Source: Mucilaginibacter sp.
GTDB lineage: Bacteria > Bacteroidota > Bacteroidia > Sphingobacteriales > Sphingobacteriaceae
Reading direction: 5' to 3'
DNA: 64,000 bases
Assembly (NCBI GenBank): GCA_035568395.1
Contig: DATMOF010000006.1
Coordinates: forward strand, 28,393-92,392
A model generated the notes under the pieces. The model did no database searches, was not told where the DNA came from, and saw only the letters and a list, made by a program, of their open reading frames with translations. Positions 28,430 to 39,721 of this stretch are shown here, in pieces (within the stretch, counting starts at the first letter, position 1; each line of letters opens with the position of its first letter). Made by a program: the position numbers and the translations under genes.

Positions 28430-30118
28430 ATGAAGAATGACCATTTTGTGATTGGGGTAGATTATGGGTCCGATTCGGTTCGGTCGGTTCTTGTTAATGC
28501 CTCAAACGGCGAGGAAATAGCCTCTTCGGTTTTCTATTACCCGCGTTGGCGCGATGGCTTGTATTGTAACGCAGCCGAAAATCAGTTCAGGCAGCATCCG
28601 CTTGATTATATCGAAGGGCTGCAGTTTACCGTTAAAGACTGCCTGAAAAAAACCGGCGGCCTGGTAAAACCGGATGCTATTAAAGGAATATCTGTAGATA
28701 CGACCGGCTCTACACCGGTTGCGGTGGATATACATGGCCAGCCGCTGGCTTTGACGCCCGGGTTTGATCACAACCCAAATGCCATGTTTGTTTTATGGAA
28801 AGATCATACCTCAATTACCGAGGCTGCACAAATAAATGAACATGCCGCCCGCTTTCCTGTAAATTATCTCAAATATGTAGGCGGTATCTATTCTTCGGAA
28901 TGGTTTTGGGCCAAGTTGCTGCATGTACTGCGGGCCGACGGGGAGGTACGCAAAGCATGCTACTCATGGGTTGAACATTGTGATTGGATCCCTTTTTTGT
29001 TAACCGGCGGAAATAACATCCGCGACATGAAACGCGGAAGATGCTCCGCCGGCCACAAAGCGCTATGGGCCGAAGAGTTTGGCGGTTTGCCGCCCGATGA
29101 ATTTTTTTCATCGCTCGACCCGCTGCTTGGCGGGTTTACGTCCTTGTTATTTACGGAAACCTTTACATCGGATAAAAAAGCCGGATACCTGAGCAAAGAG
29201 TGGGCGGAAAGATTGGGGCTGTCTGAACACGTGGCGGTTGGTATCGGCGCTTTTGACGCACACATGGGCGCTGTAGGAGGGCAAATAGAGCCCTATTTCC
29301 TGAGCAAAGTAATGGGAACATCAACCTGCGATATTTTGGTGGCCCCAACCGCCGAGCTGCAGGGAAAATTGGTTAAGGGTATTTGCGGGCAGGTCGACGG
29401 TTCGGTAATACCCGGGATGACTGGGCTCGAAGCCGGCCAGTCAGCCTTTGGCGACACCTATGCCTGGTTTAAAAATTTGGTTTCATGGCCGCTGGATAAT
29501 ATGCTCAAAAACTCATCGGTAATAGATGCTCAAACAGCCGACACGCTGCTAAAAGAAATGAGCGAGCGCATTATACCCGAACTAAGCAGGCAGGCCTTAT
29601 TGATCCCGGTTGATGAGCACAGCGAATTAGCCGTGGACTGGTTTAATGGGCGGCGTACGCCAGATGCCGACCAATCCTTAAAGGGGGCTATTGCCGCATT
29701 AAGTTTAGGAAGCGACGCCCCAAGGGTGTTCCGCTCGTTGGTTGAGGGCACGTGTTTTGGCGCCAAACGGATAGTCGACCGCTTTAAAGAAGAAGGCATA
29801 CCGGTAAAAGGGATTATCGGGATAGGCGGGGTAGCAAAAAAATCACCTTTCGTTATGCAACTGATGGCTGATATTTTGGAAATGCCCATCCGCATACACC
29901 AATTTGAACACACCTGTGCCCTGGGGGCGGCTATGTTTGCTGCCGTTGTCGCCGATATTTATCCAACGGTTGAAGAAGCAATGGCCGCAATGGGTCGCGG
30001 TTTTGATGTTGAATATTATCCCGACAAACAATTCCGTGAAATTTATGCGAAACGATACCAGCAATACATTGATCTGGGTAAATTCGCAGAATCGCATGCC
30101 CGTTCAACCACATTGTAA
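28430..30118 (+). CDS. araB: Ribulokinase
   Basis: IGVDYGSDSVR, DTTGSTP, WKDHT and GGVAKKS motifs; ATG 28430 preferred over 28400. Confidence 0.95.
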   Translation: MKNDHFVIGVDYGSDSVRSVLVNASNGEEIASSVFYYPRWRDGLYCNAAENQFRQHPLDYIEGLQFTVKDCLKKTGGLVKPDAIKGISVDTTGSTPVAVDIHGQPLALTPGFDHNPNAMFVLWKDHTSITEAAQINEHAARFPVNYLKYVGGIYSSEWFWAKLLHVLRADGEVRKACYSWVEHCDWIPFLLTGGNNIRDMKRGRCSAGHKALWAEEFGGLPPDEFFSSLDPLLGGFTSLLFTETFTSDKKAGYLSKEWAERLGLSEHVAVGIGAFDAHMGAVGGQIEPYFLSKVMGTSTCDILVAPTAELQGKLVKGICGQVDGSVIPGMTGLEAGQSAFGDTYAWFKNLVSWPLDNMLKNSSVIDAQTADTLLKEMSERIIPELSRQALLIPVDEHSELAVDWFNGRRTPDADQSLKGAIAALSLGSDAPRVFRSLVEGTCFGAKRIVDRFKEEGIPVKGIIGIGGVAKKSPFVMQLMADILEMPIRIHQFEHTCALGAAMFAAVVADIYPTVEEAMAAMGRGFDVEYYPDKQFREIYAKRYQQYIDLGKFAESHARSTTL

Positions 30119-30136
30119 ACACTGAAGAATGATGTA

Positions 30137-30835
30137 ATGGCAAACTATAAACACATACGGCAGGAGGCCTTCGAAGCAAACATGCAGCTTCCTCAATTAA
30201 ACCTGGTACTATTTACTTTTGGTAACGTAAGCGCCGCCGACCACCAGCTAGGCGCTTTTGCCATTAAGCCAAGCGGCGTTCCATACCATGAGCTCACGCC
30301 GGAAAAAATGGTGATAGTGGATTTTGACGGTAATACTATTGAAGGTAATTTAAGGCCCTCGTCTGATACTAAAACGCATGCCGTATTGTATAAAAATTGG
30401 GGTAAAGTAAACGGAATAGCGCACACACATTCAACCTACGCTACGGCCTGGGCGCAATCGCTGAAGGATATCCCTGTTTACGGCACAACGCACGCCGATC
30501 ACCTCACAATAGACGTACCCTGTGCAGCCCCAATGAGTGATGAAATGATCCGGGGTGATTATGAATACCAAACCGGGTATCAAATTATCAATTGTTTATC
30601 CGGCAGGAGCCTGAGCCATACCGATACAGAAATGATCCTGGTGGGCAACCACGCACCTTTTACCTGGGGCGAAAGCGCGGCTAAGGCGGTTTATAATAGC
30701 GCAGTACTGGAGTTGATAGCCCAAATGGCATTACTAACCAAGCAAATTAATCCCGAAGCATTACCGCTAAAGCAATCGCTGATTACGAAACATTATCACC
30801 GCAAACACGGACCAGACTCCTATTATGGCCAATAA
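30137..30835 (+). CDS. araD: L-ribulose-5-phosphate 4-epimerase
   Basis: FTFGNVS, PSSDTKTH, HTHS and RKHGPDSYYGQ motifs. Confidence 0.95.
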   Translation: MANYKHIRQEAFEANMQLPQLNLVLFTFGNVSAADHQLGAFAIKPSGVPYHELTPEKMVIVDFDGNTIEGNLRPSSDTKTHAVLYKNWGKVNGIAHTHSTYATAWAQSLKDIPVYGTTHADHLTIDVPCAAPMSDEMIRGDYEYQTGYQIINCLSGRSLSHTDTEMILVGNHAPFTWGESAAKAVYNSAVLELIAQMALLTKQINPEALPLKQSLITKHYHRKHGPDSYYGQ

Positions 30836-30873
30836 ATGGCAATCCTTTAAGAATAATAAAACATTGAAATATA

Positions 30874-32370
30874 ATGATCGATCTAAAAACATTTGAAGTT
30901 TGGTTTATCACAGGCAGCCAGCACCTGTACGGCGAAGAAACGCTTAAATTGGTGGCCGGACATGCGCAGGAAATTGCAAAAGGCCTCGACACTGCCGTCG
31001 AAATACCGGTGAGGGTGGTTTATAAGCCGGTTGTAAAAAGCACGGAAGAAATTTACGAAACCTTGCAACAAGCTAACACCGCTGTAAACTGCATCGGTAT
31101 CATCACCTGGATGCATACCTTTTCACCAGCTAAAATGTGGATCAGAGGTCTAAACATTCTGCAAAAACCGCTGCTTCACCTGCACACCCAGTTTAACCGG
31201 GATATTCCATGGAGTTCGATCGATATGGACTTTATGAACTTAAACCAAAGCGCTCATGGCGACCGGGAGTTCGGCTTCATTGTTTCGCGCATGCGCAAAA
31301 GCCGCAAGGTTGTTGTCGGCCACTGGCAGGACAAAGAGGTGCTTGGCCAGATCAACACCTGGACCAGGGCCGCAGCAGGCTGGCACGACTGGCAAGGCGC
31401 CAAATTTGCCCGTTTTGGCGATAACATGCGATATGTTGCAGTTACCGAGGGCGACAAAGTAGAAGCGGAGTTAAAGTTTGGCTTTTCTGTTAATACCTAC
31501 GGCGTTGGCGACCTGGTTGCTGAAATTGACCGGGTAAGTGAATCAGCAATTGACGAACTTGTTGCCGTATATGAAACCGCTTATTCCATGGACGCCTCTT
31601 TACGCAAGGGCGGCGAAAAGCATTCATCAGTATACGAAGCCGCAAAAATTGAGCTGGGGATAAAGGCGTTTTTGAAAAAAGGAGGTTTCAAAGGTTTTAC
31701 TGATACGTTCGAAGACTTACACGGCATGATGCAGCTGCCTGGCATAGCTGCCCAGCGTTTAATGGCCGAAGGCTATGGGTTTGCCGGGGAAGGCGACTGG
31801 AAAACGGCTGCTCTCGTGAGGGCTTTTAAAGTAATGGGAAGCGGGTTAAAAGGAGGTAATGCATTTATGGAAGACTATACCTATCATTTCGATCCGGACA
31901 ACAACCTGGTTTTAGGTTCGCATATGCTTGAGATAGACGCCTCATTGGCCAACGGCAAGCTGGCGCTTGAAGTGCATCCCCTGGGGATAGGTGGCAAAGC
32001 CGACCCAGCCCGGCTGGTGTTTAATGTAGCGGGCGGTTCGGCATTAAATGCCTCAATCATTGATATGGGTAACCGTTTCAGGCTGTTGGTTAACGAAGTA
32101 GAAGCTATTGAGCCGCAGCATGATCTGCCGAAGCTGCCGGTGGCGCGGGTGCTTTGGAAACCTTACCCCGATATGAAAACGGGCTGCGCCGCATGGATAT
32201 ATGCGGGCGGTGCGCACCACACCGCATACAGCCAAAATTTGACTGCCGAACACTTGCAGGATTTTGCTGATATGGCGGGGCTTGAATTTTTACTGATAGG
32301 GAAAGATACCCAGCTCAGCACGTTCCGTAATGAACTGCGCTGGAACGAAACAGCCTATAGTAAACACTAA
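30874..32370 (+). CDS. araA: L-arabinose isomerase
   Basis: [33 protein letters not shown] and GGAHHT motifs. Confidence 0.97.
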   Translation: MIDLKTFEVWFITGSQHLYGEETLKLVAGHAQEIAKGLDTAVEIPVRVVYKPVVKSTEEIYETLQQANTAVNCIGIITWMHTFSPAKMWIRGLNILQKPLLHLHTQFNRDIPWSSIDMDFMNLNQSAHGDREFGFIVSRMRKSRKVVVGHWQDKEVLGQINTWTRAAAGWHDWQGAKFARFGDNMRYVAVTEGDKVEAELKFGFSVNTYGVGDLVAEIDRVSESAIDELVAVYETAYSMDASLRKGGEKHSSVYEAAKIELGIKAFLKKGGFKGFTDTFEDLHGMMQLPGIAAQRLMAEGYGFAGEGDWKTAALVRAFKVMGSGLKGGNAFMEDYTYHFDPDNNLVLGSHMLEIDASLANGKLALEVHPLGIGGKADPARLVFNVAGGSALNASIIDMGNRFRLLVNEVEAIEPQHDLPKLPVARVLWKPYPDMKTGCAAWIYAGGAHHTAYSQNLTAEHLQDFADMAGLEFLLIGKDTQLSTFRNELRWNETAYSKH

Positions 32371-32614
32371 TTGTAAACCACAAAGTACACCGAAAATAAA
32401 AGAAGTTACACTTTTGATGTAACTCCTTTTGCTTAAAGCGGAATAGACGGAACCCGACTCAATTTTCGCCCGGTCGGGTGCCCGTGCTTGACCGTATTTG
32501 GTTAAACTGATTATCAATCCCCGTTTTGACCACGCAATACCTAATCCGTAAAATGCCGGGTCGATAACTTTCCGCAGTATATTTTACATATCCGCGATTA
32601 TTGATTGAACATAT

Positions 32615-33928
32615 TTAATTCATTCCGGAGATGATTGATTGAGCATCGGCTACATCCAACATAACTAAATCGTTATATGCCAGGCTTAGCCGCGTTTCCG
32701 CAGCGGCATTCTCCTGGTACTTTTTTCGGAGTGTGTACCATTTATAAATAAGCTGTAGTTCTGTAACGGTATAAGTTACCCCGGTATATTGCTGTATAGC
32801 CTGTAAAAAGGTAAAGTTAAAATCCAGCGTCGGTTCGATCATCGTACCCTCGCCGTAGTCGTTCCAGGTAATCAGTTGGAGATAATTTGTTCCGCTGGTT
32901 TTTGCCAGGCTAAGGCAGTTTTGTAAGGTAGCCGCCCCGTTATAGCCAATTAAAAATAAGTTATTTCCCCAGCCGCCTTGTTTATAAAAATCCTGGAATC
33001 CCGGATACGCTCCGGCGAAATAAGTCGCCTGGGACGGTGCCCGGTTTTGATAAAAACCCTGCAAGTCTGCTTGATCTGTAGCATTAACCCATGCGAATTC
33101 CCCGCTGCCCGAACTGCCGGTTACGCCGCCCTGGTATTCGAGAGACAACAACCTGGGTTTAGCTGAAAGACCGGAAAAAGCCTGCTGCCAGTCGGCGGTT
33201 GTTTTCAGTGACTGCGGCCCAAAATCGAGCAGCAAGGGCTGGTTGTTGGTCTTTATGTAGCTGCTGCTATTAAAATATTGGGACTGCAGGTAAGTAAAAT
33301 CCTCGCGGGCGGCCTGTACCGTGTCAATTCCCGCCAAGGATTTTACCTGCTGTAATGTTGCATCCTCGTAACAAATGGCAAATTGCAGGCCGGCATAAGG
33401 GATACGATTAAAAATGGAATCCGTATTTCGCTTAACCAAAGGGTAGTCAAGCACGTTGTGTGTGCCATACCAATCCACGATCACGCCGTCGATCCCGGCA
33501 TATTTCATGAGCAGCAAATGGTAGTCGATCACATCCCTGTCCGAACTCGCATATGGGCCGATCATCGGGTAAAAGTACGAGGCGATCTGCCGCCGGCCGT
33601 TTGCCAGGACAACATCCGGGTTCTGGTTGGTCATGGTCCAGTGCTGCCCCCATTTACCGGTGCCGGATGTAGTAGGATCTTCAAACCATGCCATATAGTG
33701 AACATATACCTTTTGGCTGTTGGTTTTTACCACCGGCTTCGCGACGGTTGGTATTACCGTAACCGTTGTATCATTTTTTTTAGGCGTAACAGGTGCTCCG
33801 CCGTTAACAGGGCTGTTTTTTTTACAGCCGGCAACAGACAGGCAAATGATTAGAAGAAAATCGGAAAATCGGAAAAGTCCGGAAGTCCGAAAGATATATC
33901 GCTGGATTAAAAAAAACCTCATGCTCAC
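32615..33928 (-). CDS. GH71/GH99-like glycoside hydrolase lipoprotein
   Basis: Lipobox VAGC; VYVHYMAWF, GIDGVIVDWYG and ITWNDYGEGTMIEP motifs. Confidence 0.8.
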   Translation of the reverse strand: MSMRFFLIQRYIFRTSGLFRFSDFLLIICLSVAGCKKNSPVNGGAPVTPKKNDTTVTVIPTVAKPVVKTNSQKVYVHYMAWFEDPTTSGTGKWGQHWTMTNQNPDVVLANGRRQIASYFYPMIGPYASSDRDVIDYHLLLMKYAGIDGVIVDWYGTHNVLDYPLVKRNTDSIFNRIPYAGLQFAICYEDATLQQVKSLAGIDTVQAAREDFTYLQSQYFNSSSYIKTNNQPLLLDFGPQSLKTTADWQQAFSGLSAKPRLLSLEYQGGVTGSSGSGEFAWVNATDQADLQGFYQNRAPSQATYFAGAYPGFQDFYKQGGWGNNLFLIGYNGAATLQNCLSLAKTSGTNYLQLITWNDYGEGTMIEPTLDFNFTFLQAIQQYTGVTYTVTELQLIYKWYTLRKKYQENAAAETRLSLAYNDLVMLDVADAQSIISGMN

Positions 33929-33969
33929 TCTCCAATAAATCCGAAATCGAACATCCGAAATCCCTCACA

Positions 33970-36111
33970 CTATTTATACAATTTCAATCCCTTATCCTCC
34001 GCCGTAACCGGCTTTATACTTACGGCTGCGCCGCCGCCATTAGCCAGTTTAATATGCAGGCTGCTGCCATTTGTAACCTGGTATTTTGTAACCTGGTATG
34101 CCTCGGGGTTATTTTTCCAATCCGCATCAGCCGCATCGGCATATATCGTAACTGCATATTTCCGGTCTTTGTCTAAAAAGTTTAACGGAATAATAGCGTT
34201 GCGCCCGTTCTCGTTTGTGACCGCACCAATAAACCAATTGCCGGCGCCTTTTTCCTTGCGGGCAATGGTGATATATTCGCCCGGTTCGGCTTCCACAACC
34301 TTAGTATCGTCCCAGTCGGTGGCTACATCTTTTATAAATTGAAAGGCGTCCATGTGCTTTTCGTAATTCTCCGGCATATCAGCTGCCATTTGCAAGGGGC
34401 TGTACATGGTTATATACAGGGCCAGTTGTTTAGCCAGCGTACTATGCACCTGCCGGCCGGGGACCATTGAATATCCCTGTATTTTAAATATCCCCGGCGT
34501 ATAATCCATCGGACCGCCCATCAACCGGGTAAACGGCATAATGGTTTCGTGGTTAAGATTATTCCCGGTACTAAACGCGTTGTACTCGTTGCCACGTCCT
34601 GCCTCGCATGCCATCCAGTTTGGATAAGTGCGCTGTAACCCGGTCGGCCTTACCGGTTCATGGGCGTCCAGCATAACATGATAGCGGGCTGCCTTTTGGG
34701 CGACGCGAACGTAGTGATCGATCATCCACTGCCCGTCGTGATGCTCCCCCCGCGGGATGATCTTCCCTACATAACCTGTTTTTACGGATGTGTATCCGAA
34801 TTTATTCATAAAACGGAAGGCTGTATCCATCTGTCGCTCGTAGTTGGTAGCCGAGCCTGATGTTTCATTATGCATGATCATTTTTACACCCTTCGATGCC
34901 GCATATTGGGTGATCTCTTTTACGTCAAAGTCGGGATATGGCGTCACAAAATCAAAAACGTTTTCCTTCCAGTTGCCAAACCAGTCTTCCCAGCCTACAT
35001 TCCATCCTTCAACCAAAACACCCTGGATACCTTGCCTTGCGGCGAAATCTATATATCGTTTTACATTGGCTGTGTTAGCGCCATGCTTTCCGCTTGGTAT
35101 CAGCTTTCCATCGGCGCCCGGCGCGTTATCGCTATAACTCCAGGTACTTTTACCGGTTTGCATCTCCCACCATACACCCACAAATTTCATGGGCTTTATC
35201 CATGATGGATTTTCGATCTTTGATGGATCATTCAAATTAAGGATCAGTTTAGAGGCGAGGATATCTTCGGCCCTGTTGCTGACGATTATTGTCCGCCAGG
35301 GCGTTTTACAGGGCGCGCTCATATAAGCTTTATTGCCTACTGCGTCGGCCACTAAATTGGCAGTCAGCTTAAAGGTTTTTGTATCTGCATGTAACTGCAT
35401 TGAGGTATAATTTTGCAGCGCGGCCTCATGGATATTGACATAAAGACCCTCCGCTGTTTTCATCATCAGCGGGGTTTGAATGCCGTATTTATCCGGAACA
35501 AAACGCACGGCAATATCAGTCGCCGATTTTGCCAGCACCGAGGCGTCGATCTTGCTTATTGGCGATATGGTGTAAGGATATTCATTACTGTCGTAATCTC
35601 CCGGTATCCAAAATGTTTTATGATCGCCGGTCAGGCTGAATTCTGTTAATTCGTCGGATACAATAAAATATTTAAGGTTGGGTTGTTCCGGAAATTCGTA
35701 CCTGAACCCCACCCCATCGGCAAATACCCTGAATATGATATCCAGCAATCTGCCCGCCTGGTTTTGCTGTTTTAAATGAACTATTAGCTGTTCATAATGA
35801 TTACGGATATGGCTTACTTCGCCCCAAACCGGCTCCCAGGTTTCATCAACAGTTTTTCTTTCTGTTCCGGCTATTTCAAAATGGTTATCGAAGTTATTTC
35901 CATCCGCCAGGTTAATGCCCATAAACGAAGGGTTGATAACAGGTTGCTGCCCGTAACGTACATTATAAACAGGCCGTCCGTTGGCGTCCAATTTAAATTC
36001 AAGGTGTACCTTGTTCATTTCCGCCTGTATAGGTTGGCTGCCTTGTGCTTTCAGCCCGCCATAAACCGCGACGCTTAATAAACATATAAATATTTTTTTC
36101 ATCAGTATCAT
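33970..36111 (-). CDS. GH97 alpha-glucosidase (SusB-like)
   Basis: WIKPMKFVGVWWEMQ, VLVEGWNVGWE, MHNETSG and PMDYTPGIF motifs. Confidence 0.95.
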   Translation of the reverse strand: MILMKKIFICLLSVAVYGGLKAQGSQPIQAEMNKVHLEFKLDANGRPVYNVRYGQQPVINPSFMGINLADGNNFDNHFEIAGTERKTVDETWEPVWGEVSHIRNHYEQLIVHLKQQNQAGRLLDIIFRVFADGVGFRYEFPEQPNLKYFIVSDELTEFSLTGDHKTFWIPGDYDSNEYPYTISPISKIDASVLAKSATDIAVRFVPDKYGIQTPLMMKTAEGLYVNIHEAALQNYTSMQLHADTKTFKLTANLVADAVGNKAYMSAPCKTPWRTIIVSNRAEDILASKLILNLNDPSKIENPSWIKPMKFVGVWWEMQTGKSTWSYSDNAPGADGKLIPSGKHGANTANVKRYIDFAARQGIQGVLVEGWNVGWEDWFGNWKENVFDFVTPYPDFDVKEITQYAASKGVKMIMHNETSGSATNYERQMDTAFRFMNKFGYTSVKTGYVGKIIPRGEHHDGQWMIDHYVRVAQKAARYHVMLDAHEPVRPTGLQRTYPNWMACEAGRGNEYNAFSTGNNLNHETIMPFTRLMGGPMDYTPGIFKIQGYSMVPGRQVHSTLAKQLALYITMYSPLQMAADMPENYEKHMDAFQFIKDVATDWDDTKVVEAEPGEYITIARKEKGAGNWFIGAVTNENGRNAIIPLNFLDKDRKYAVTIYADAADADWKNNPEAYQVTKYQVTNGSSLHIKLANGGGAAVSIKPVTAEDKGLKLYK

Positions 36112-36144
36112 GTATGCTGTTAAAATTATGCTGTTGGCCCGTCG

Positions 36145-37791
36145 TTATTTTGAGCCACTTCCATTGTTATTACCCGCTTTGAATGCCGGATTGTATTCAT
36201 GAGAATATTGCAGCTTAAATCCTTTATACAGGTCTTTGTAAAAGTAATTGAATTCGCTGCTAAACGTGTATGTTATCCTGTCGGATCGGTACGGTTTATT
36301 AGTGATACCCTCCGGGGTCGTGAAATGAATGACCATTTTATTATTTCTTGTGACCGTTACAACGACCGGCCCGGCCCGCATCGGGAATTTTGTTGATACC
36401 AGGCCGGCTCCTACCGTTTTGGTATCTCCGTTCACTTTCAGTTCGGCGCTCGACTTTAACATGGAAACTACTTCAATGGAATCCTCCCATGAAGCAGGTA
36501 TCACTTCCTTTTGAAAACTCACCACCGGTATATCATAAGGATACGGCGTGATCGTATGTTTATATTTTTTAAAAAACACAACGGCAACGTCTTTTCCGGC
36601 ATATGGTGATGCTAAGCCTTTCCATTTATTCTTATAATAATTCAGCAGTATAGAAAAACCGTCGTTGTGATTGACCTCCGGTGCCAAATGGTGCCCTTCC
36701 GGGTAATCGTTCCAGGTTATGATATTTATTATTGGTGCATTCTGCTTAATACCAAATTCAAAGAGTTTACGGAAATTGTACGACAGCCCGGTGATGATCT
36801 GCTTACGATCCATTTTCTCTATTCCCGCCTGTACGGCATCTTCCGCTTTGCGGTACATCACCCATGTCCCCTTCTTTTGTAATTTGGAAGTATAAAAGTC
36901 GCCAAAGACCGAGGCGGTAAAAGTGCGATGGCGCAGCCTGCATTGTTCAGCAACCATGTTTCCGAGATAGTCATTACCGCCATAAGGCAGCGTCCATATC
37001 CAGGTGGCCGGGAAATAATCCAAAAAGCTATTCAGGTTATTCACGCTGATCTCTTTATTGATCGTAAAAACGCAGGCAAAACGCTCGTGCACGGCATTGG
37101 CCAACCGTTTATAGGCACGGGCAATATAAAATTGCTGAGGCAAACCCTGTTTGTCGGCAGGCACGTCAGCCAGGCCCTCACCATCCCATTGATAAATAAT
37201 AAGCCTGCCATCAGGCGTGCGCAGCCAATGCGGATTATTGCGGCCGGTTTCATCAAGTATACGATTCATCCGGGTGCTGAACTCTGCTATTTTAGCTGCT
37301 TCGGTACCTCCGTCAGGGTGCGATATACAAAAGGTAAATTTAAAATTGATATGCTTTTGATCGGCAACCCTGAAATACGCCCTGATAATATCGTCCCATT
37401 TCGGGTTATGCAAAGTATAATAAAACTGGAAACCATCGATACCCGATCTGATGGCCGCCCGCATTTCAAACTCCACCGCTTCGTCAAGCGTAGCGTTAGC
37501 CAGCACACTGTCCTCCATTACCTTTATCTGGGTCAATCCGCCCAATGGAGAAGTTATATTACCATTTGGCGAATAATATTTCGGATTACAGCCGTCCTCA
37601 AATTCATGCCCTTTATAGCGGATAATATTCGTCATGCAGTGTGCAATCACCAGTTTTTGACCGGTAAGCGGCAGGCTATACTCGGGCAGGTTTTTTAATG
37701 AGTCCTGTGCATATGCAAAATCCGTAAAAAGTACGCCGATAACGGGCAACAAAAACACGCGCAGGTATTGCCTAAAGTAACTACCAATCAT
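36145..37791 (-). CDS. GH71-like endo-alpha-1,3-glucanase
   Basis: LVIAHCMT, AIRSGIDGFQF and ITWNDYPEGHHLAP correspond to GH71 motifs; signal peptide. Confidence 0.75.
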   Translation of the reverse strand: MIGSYFRQYLRVFLLPVIGVLFTDFAYAQDSLKNLPEYSLPLTGQKLVIAHCMTNIIRYKGHEFEDGCNPKYYSPNGNITSPLGGLTQIKVMEDSVLANATLDEAVEFEMRAAIRSGIDGFQFYYTLHNPKWDDIIRAYFRVADQKHINFKFTFCISHPDGGTEAAKIAEFSTRMNRILDETGRNNPHWLRTPDGRLIIYQWDGEGLADVPADKQGLPQQFYIARAYKRLANAVHERFACVFTINKEISVNNLNSFLDYFPATWIWTLPYGGNDYLGNMVAEQCRLRHRTFTASVFGDFYTSKLQKKGTWVMYRKAEDAVQAGIEKMDRKQIITGLSYNFRKLFEFGIKQNAPIINIITWNDYPEGHHLAPEVNHNDGFSILLNYYKNKWKGLASPYAGKDVAVVFFKKYKHTITPYPYDIPVVSFQKEVIPASWEDSIEVVSMLKSSAELKVNGDTKTVGAGLVSTKFPMRAGPVVVTVTRNNKMVIHFTTPEGITNKPYRSDRITYTFSSEFNYFYKDLYKGFKLQYSHEYNPAFKAGNNNGSGSK

Positions 37792-37823
37792 AGCCCGATT
37801 TTATAATCATTAAATGTAAAAAA

Positions 37824-37855
37824 AAGTGTAAAGCCATCTCACCTGCTTTACACTT
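37824..37855 (-). terminator. Intra-PUL terminator after susD
   Basis: AAGTGTAAAGC-loop-GCTTTACACTT followed by a T-run on the minus strand. Confidence 0.75.
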
Positions 37856-37871
37856 AATTAATCAACTATTA

Positions 37872-39704
37872 TCAGTAACCGGGGTTCTGCTTGATCTTTG
37901 AGTTGGAGTTGATCTCACTTAATGGGATCGGCCAAACGTATGATTTATTAGGATCGAAAGTCGCTGTTAACGGACCGGTAACGTTTAGTGCAGTTTGATA
38001 GTATGCTGCTTCTGATGGGCCTATTTTCCAACGGCACACATCAAACCACCAGGTGCCTTCGTTAAATAGCTCGGCCCATCGCTCGTAGTACAATGGATTG
38101 TTACCCAAAACAGGATCGGGGTGAAGGGGGTTTGCGGCAGCTGTATTGTCGGTAAGCGACTTATAATCAATTGCCGACGGTGTATTTATTGGCAAGCCAT
38201 AAGCCCTGCGTTTAACCATATTTAAATAGTTGAGCCCAGTGGCGTTATCGCCCGATCCTATACTGGCTTCTGCATATAATAAATATACATCGGCCAAACG
38301 GAGCAGGTAATAATCCCAAATATCCGAAACGCTGCCACCGTTACCGGCACCACTTCCTTCAGTGTAGGTGATAGGTGAATACTTTCTTTCACTGAAGCCA
38401 TAATGGGTATCGCCGGCAAAAGCATAATCGCCTGGTTTAGCAACCAACGTCCAGTTAACGCCATCAACTTTTACCGAATCAATACGTGGTTGAAGCGTAT
38501 TTACGAACAATCGGGGATCGGCGGTCTGATTGGCCCGTACCGCTAATGCCGCAGCTTTATAGGCAGGGTCCATAATCTGCGTTGGATTTTTATAAGATGG
38601 GTTTGAGCCTGTATAAGCGGGATTGGCAACTAAAGTGTATGACGGAAGCGGATAGCCAAAGCGCAAAACATTTTGATCATGCACAAAGGAATTTGAATAA
38701 CCAAGCGACTTTGAATCGCCTTCGTTTCCGCTTGGGCCAATATATGAAGGAGACCATATTAAACCATTAATGGTCGATGAGTTTGGATTTCCGGTATATA
38801 CACCATAACCGCCCTGCGAATTCGGATCGACATATAATTCCAGCAACGATTCGCTGTTGAATTTATTTTGGCCATTGAAGGCGTTGTTATAAGTAGCAAA
38901 CGGCATTAAAAATTTTCCGCTATTTGTTATTACATCGTTTAAAACAGTTTTTGCATTGGCCCAGTCCTGTGTATAAACGTAAGCCTTTCCTAACAAACCT
39001 TTTGCTGACCATTCGGTAGCCCGTGCAAGGTCGGTTGAAGGCCAAACCTGGCCTTTAAGCAATGTTGCCGACTGTTTAAGGTCGCTAATAATTAAAGCCC
39101 AGGTATCTTTTACCGTACCACGCGCTACTTGCGTTTCAGCTAAACTGGAAGGCACACCCGTAATTAACGGAACGCCCATGTTACTGCCATTTGTACCATC
39201 AGATTTTAAATAGCCATTGCCAAACAAGCATTCCAGTTCCATATAATACCATGCACGCAGGCAGTAAGCCTGGCCAAGTACAAGGTTAACTGCTTTCGGA
39301 TCAACAGATGGGTTTGTTTTTAATAAAACCCCGGCCGCGTAAATGGTTACGTTACAGTTTTTTACGCCGGTATAACAGGCGGTCCAAACTTCTCTTGCAT
39401 ACTCGTCGCCGGCAGTAAGGTTTTCCGCAGCAGCTTCGTTGCGCCCCCCATCGCCGGTATACTGGTCGTTTGTCGTGTGCATAGCGTCCGCCAGCGACTT
39501 AGCAAAAAAATTAAAACCGAATATACCCTGATCGCGCAAATTGGAATAACATGGCACCAAAATCGTTTGCAGTTGAGCAATAGTAGCCGGGTAAGTGGAA
39601 CTGCTATATGCATTTGGGGGCCCAACGTTAACCGGGGCTTTTTTACATCCCGCCGCTAAAACGAGCAGGAGCGCTGCGATATATTTTCTCTTTAACATTT
39701 TCAT
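37872..39704 (-). CDS. SusD/RagB family lipoprotein
   Basis: Lipobox AAGC; YLLRLADVYLLYAEA, ERWAELFNEG and WPIPLSEI motifs. Confidence 0.95.
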   Translation of the reverse strand: MKMLKRKYIAALLLVLAAGCKKAPVNVGPPNAYSSSTYPATIAQLQTILVPCYSNLRDQGIFGFNFFAKSLADAMHTTNDQYTGDGGRNEAAAENLTAGDEYAREVWTACYTGVKNCNVTIYAAGVLLKTNPSVDPKAVNLVLGQAYCLRAWYYMELECLFGNGYLKSDGTNGSNMGVPLITGVPSSLAETQVARGTVKDTWALIISDLKQSATLLKGQVWPSTDLARATEWSAKGLLGKAYVYTQDWANAKTVLNDVITNSGKFLMPFATYNNAFNGQNKFNSESLLELYVDPNSQGGYGVYTGNPNSSTINGLIWSPSYIGPSGNEGDSKSLGYSNSFVHDQNVLRFGYPLPSYTLVANPAYTGSNPSYKNPTQIMDPAYKAAALAVRANQTADPRLFVNTLQPRIDSVKVDGVNWTLVAKPGDYAFAGDTHYGFSERKYSPITYTEGSGAGNGGSVSDIWDYYLLRLADVYLLYAEASIGSGDNATGLNYLNMVKRRAYGLPINTPSAIDYKSLTDNTAAANPLHPDPVLGNNPLYYERWAELFNEGTWWFDVCRWKIGPSEAAYYQTALNVTGPLTATFDPNKSYVWPIPLSEINSNSKIKQNPGY

Positions 39705-39721
39705 AATTTTGAAGGTTATTA

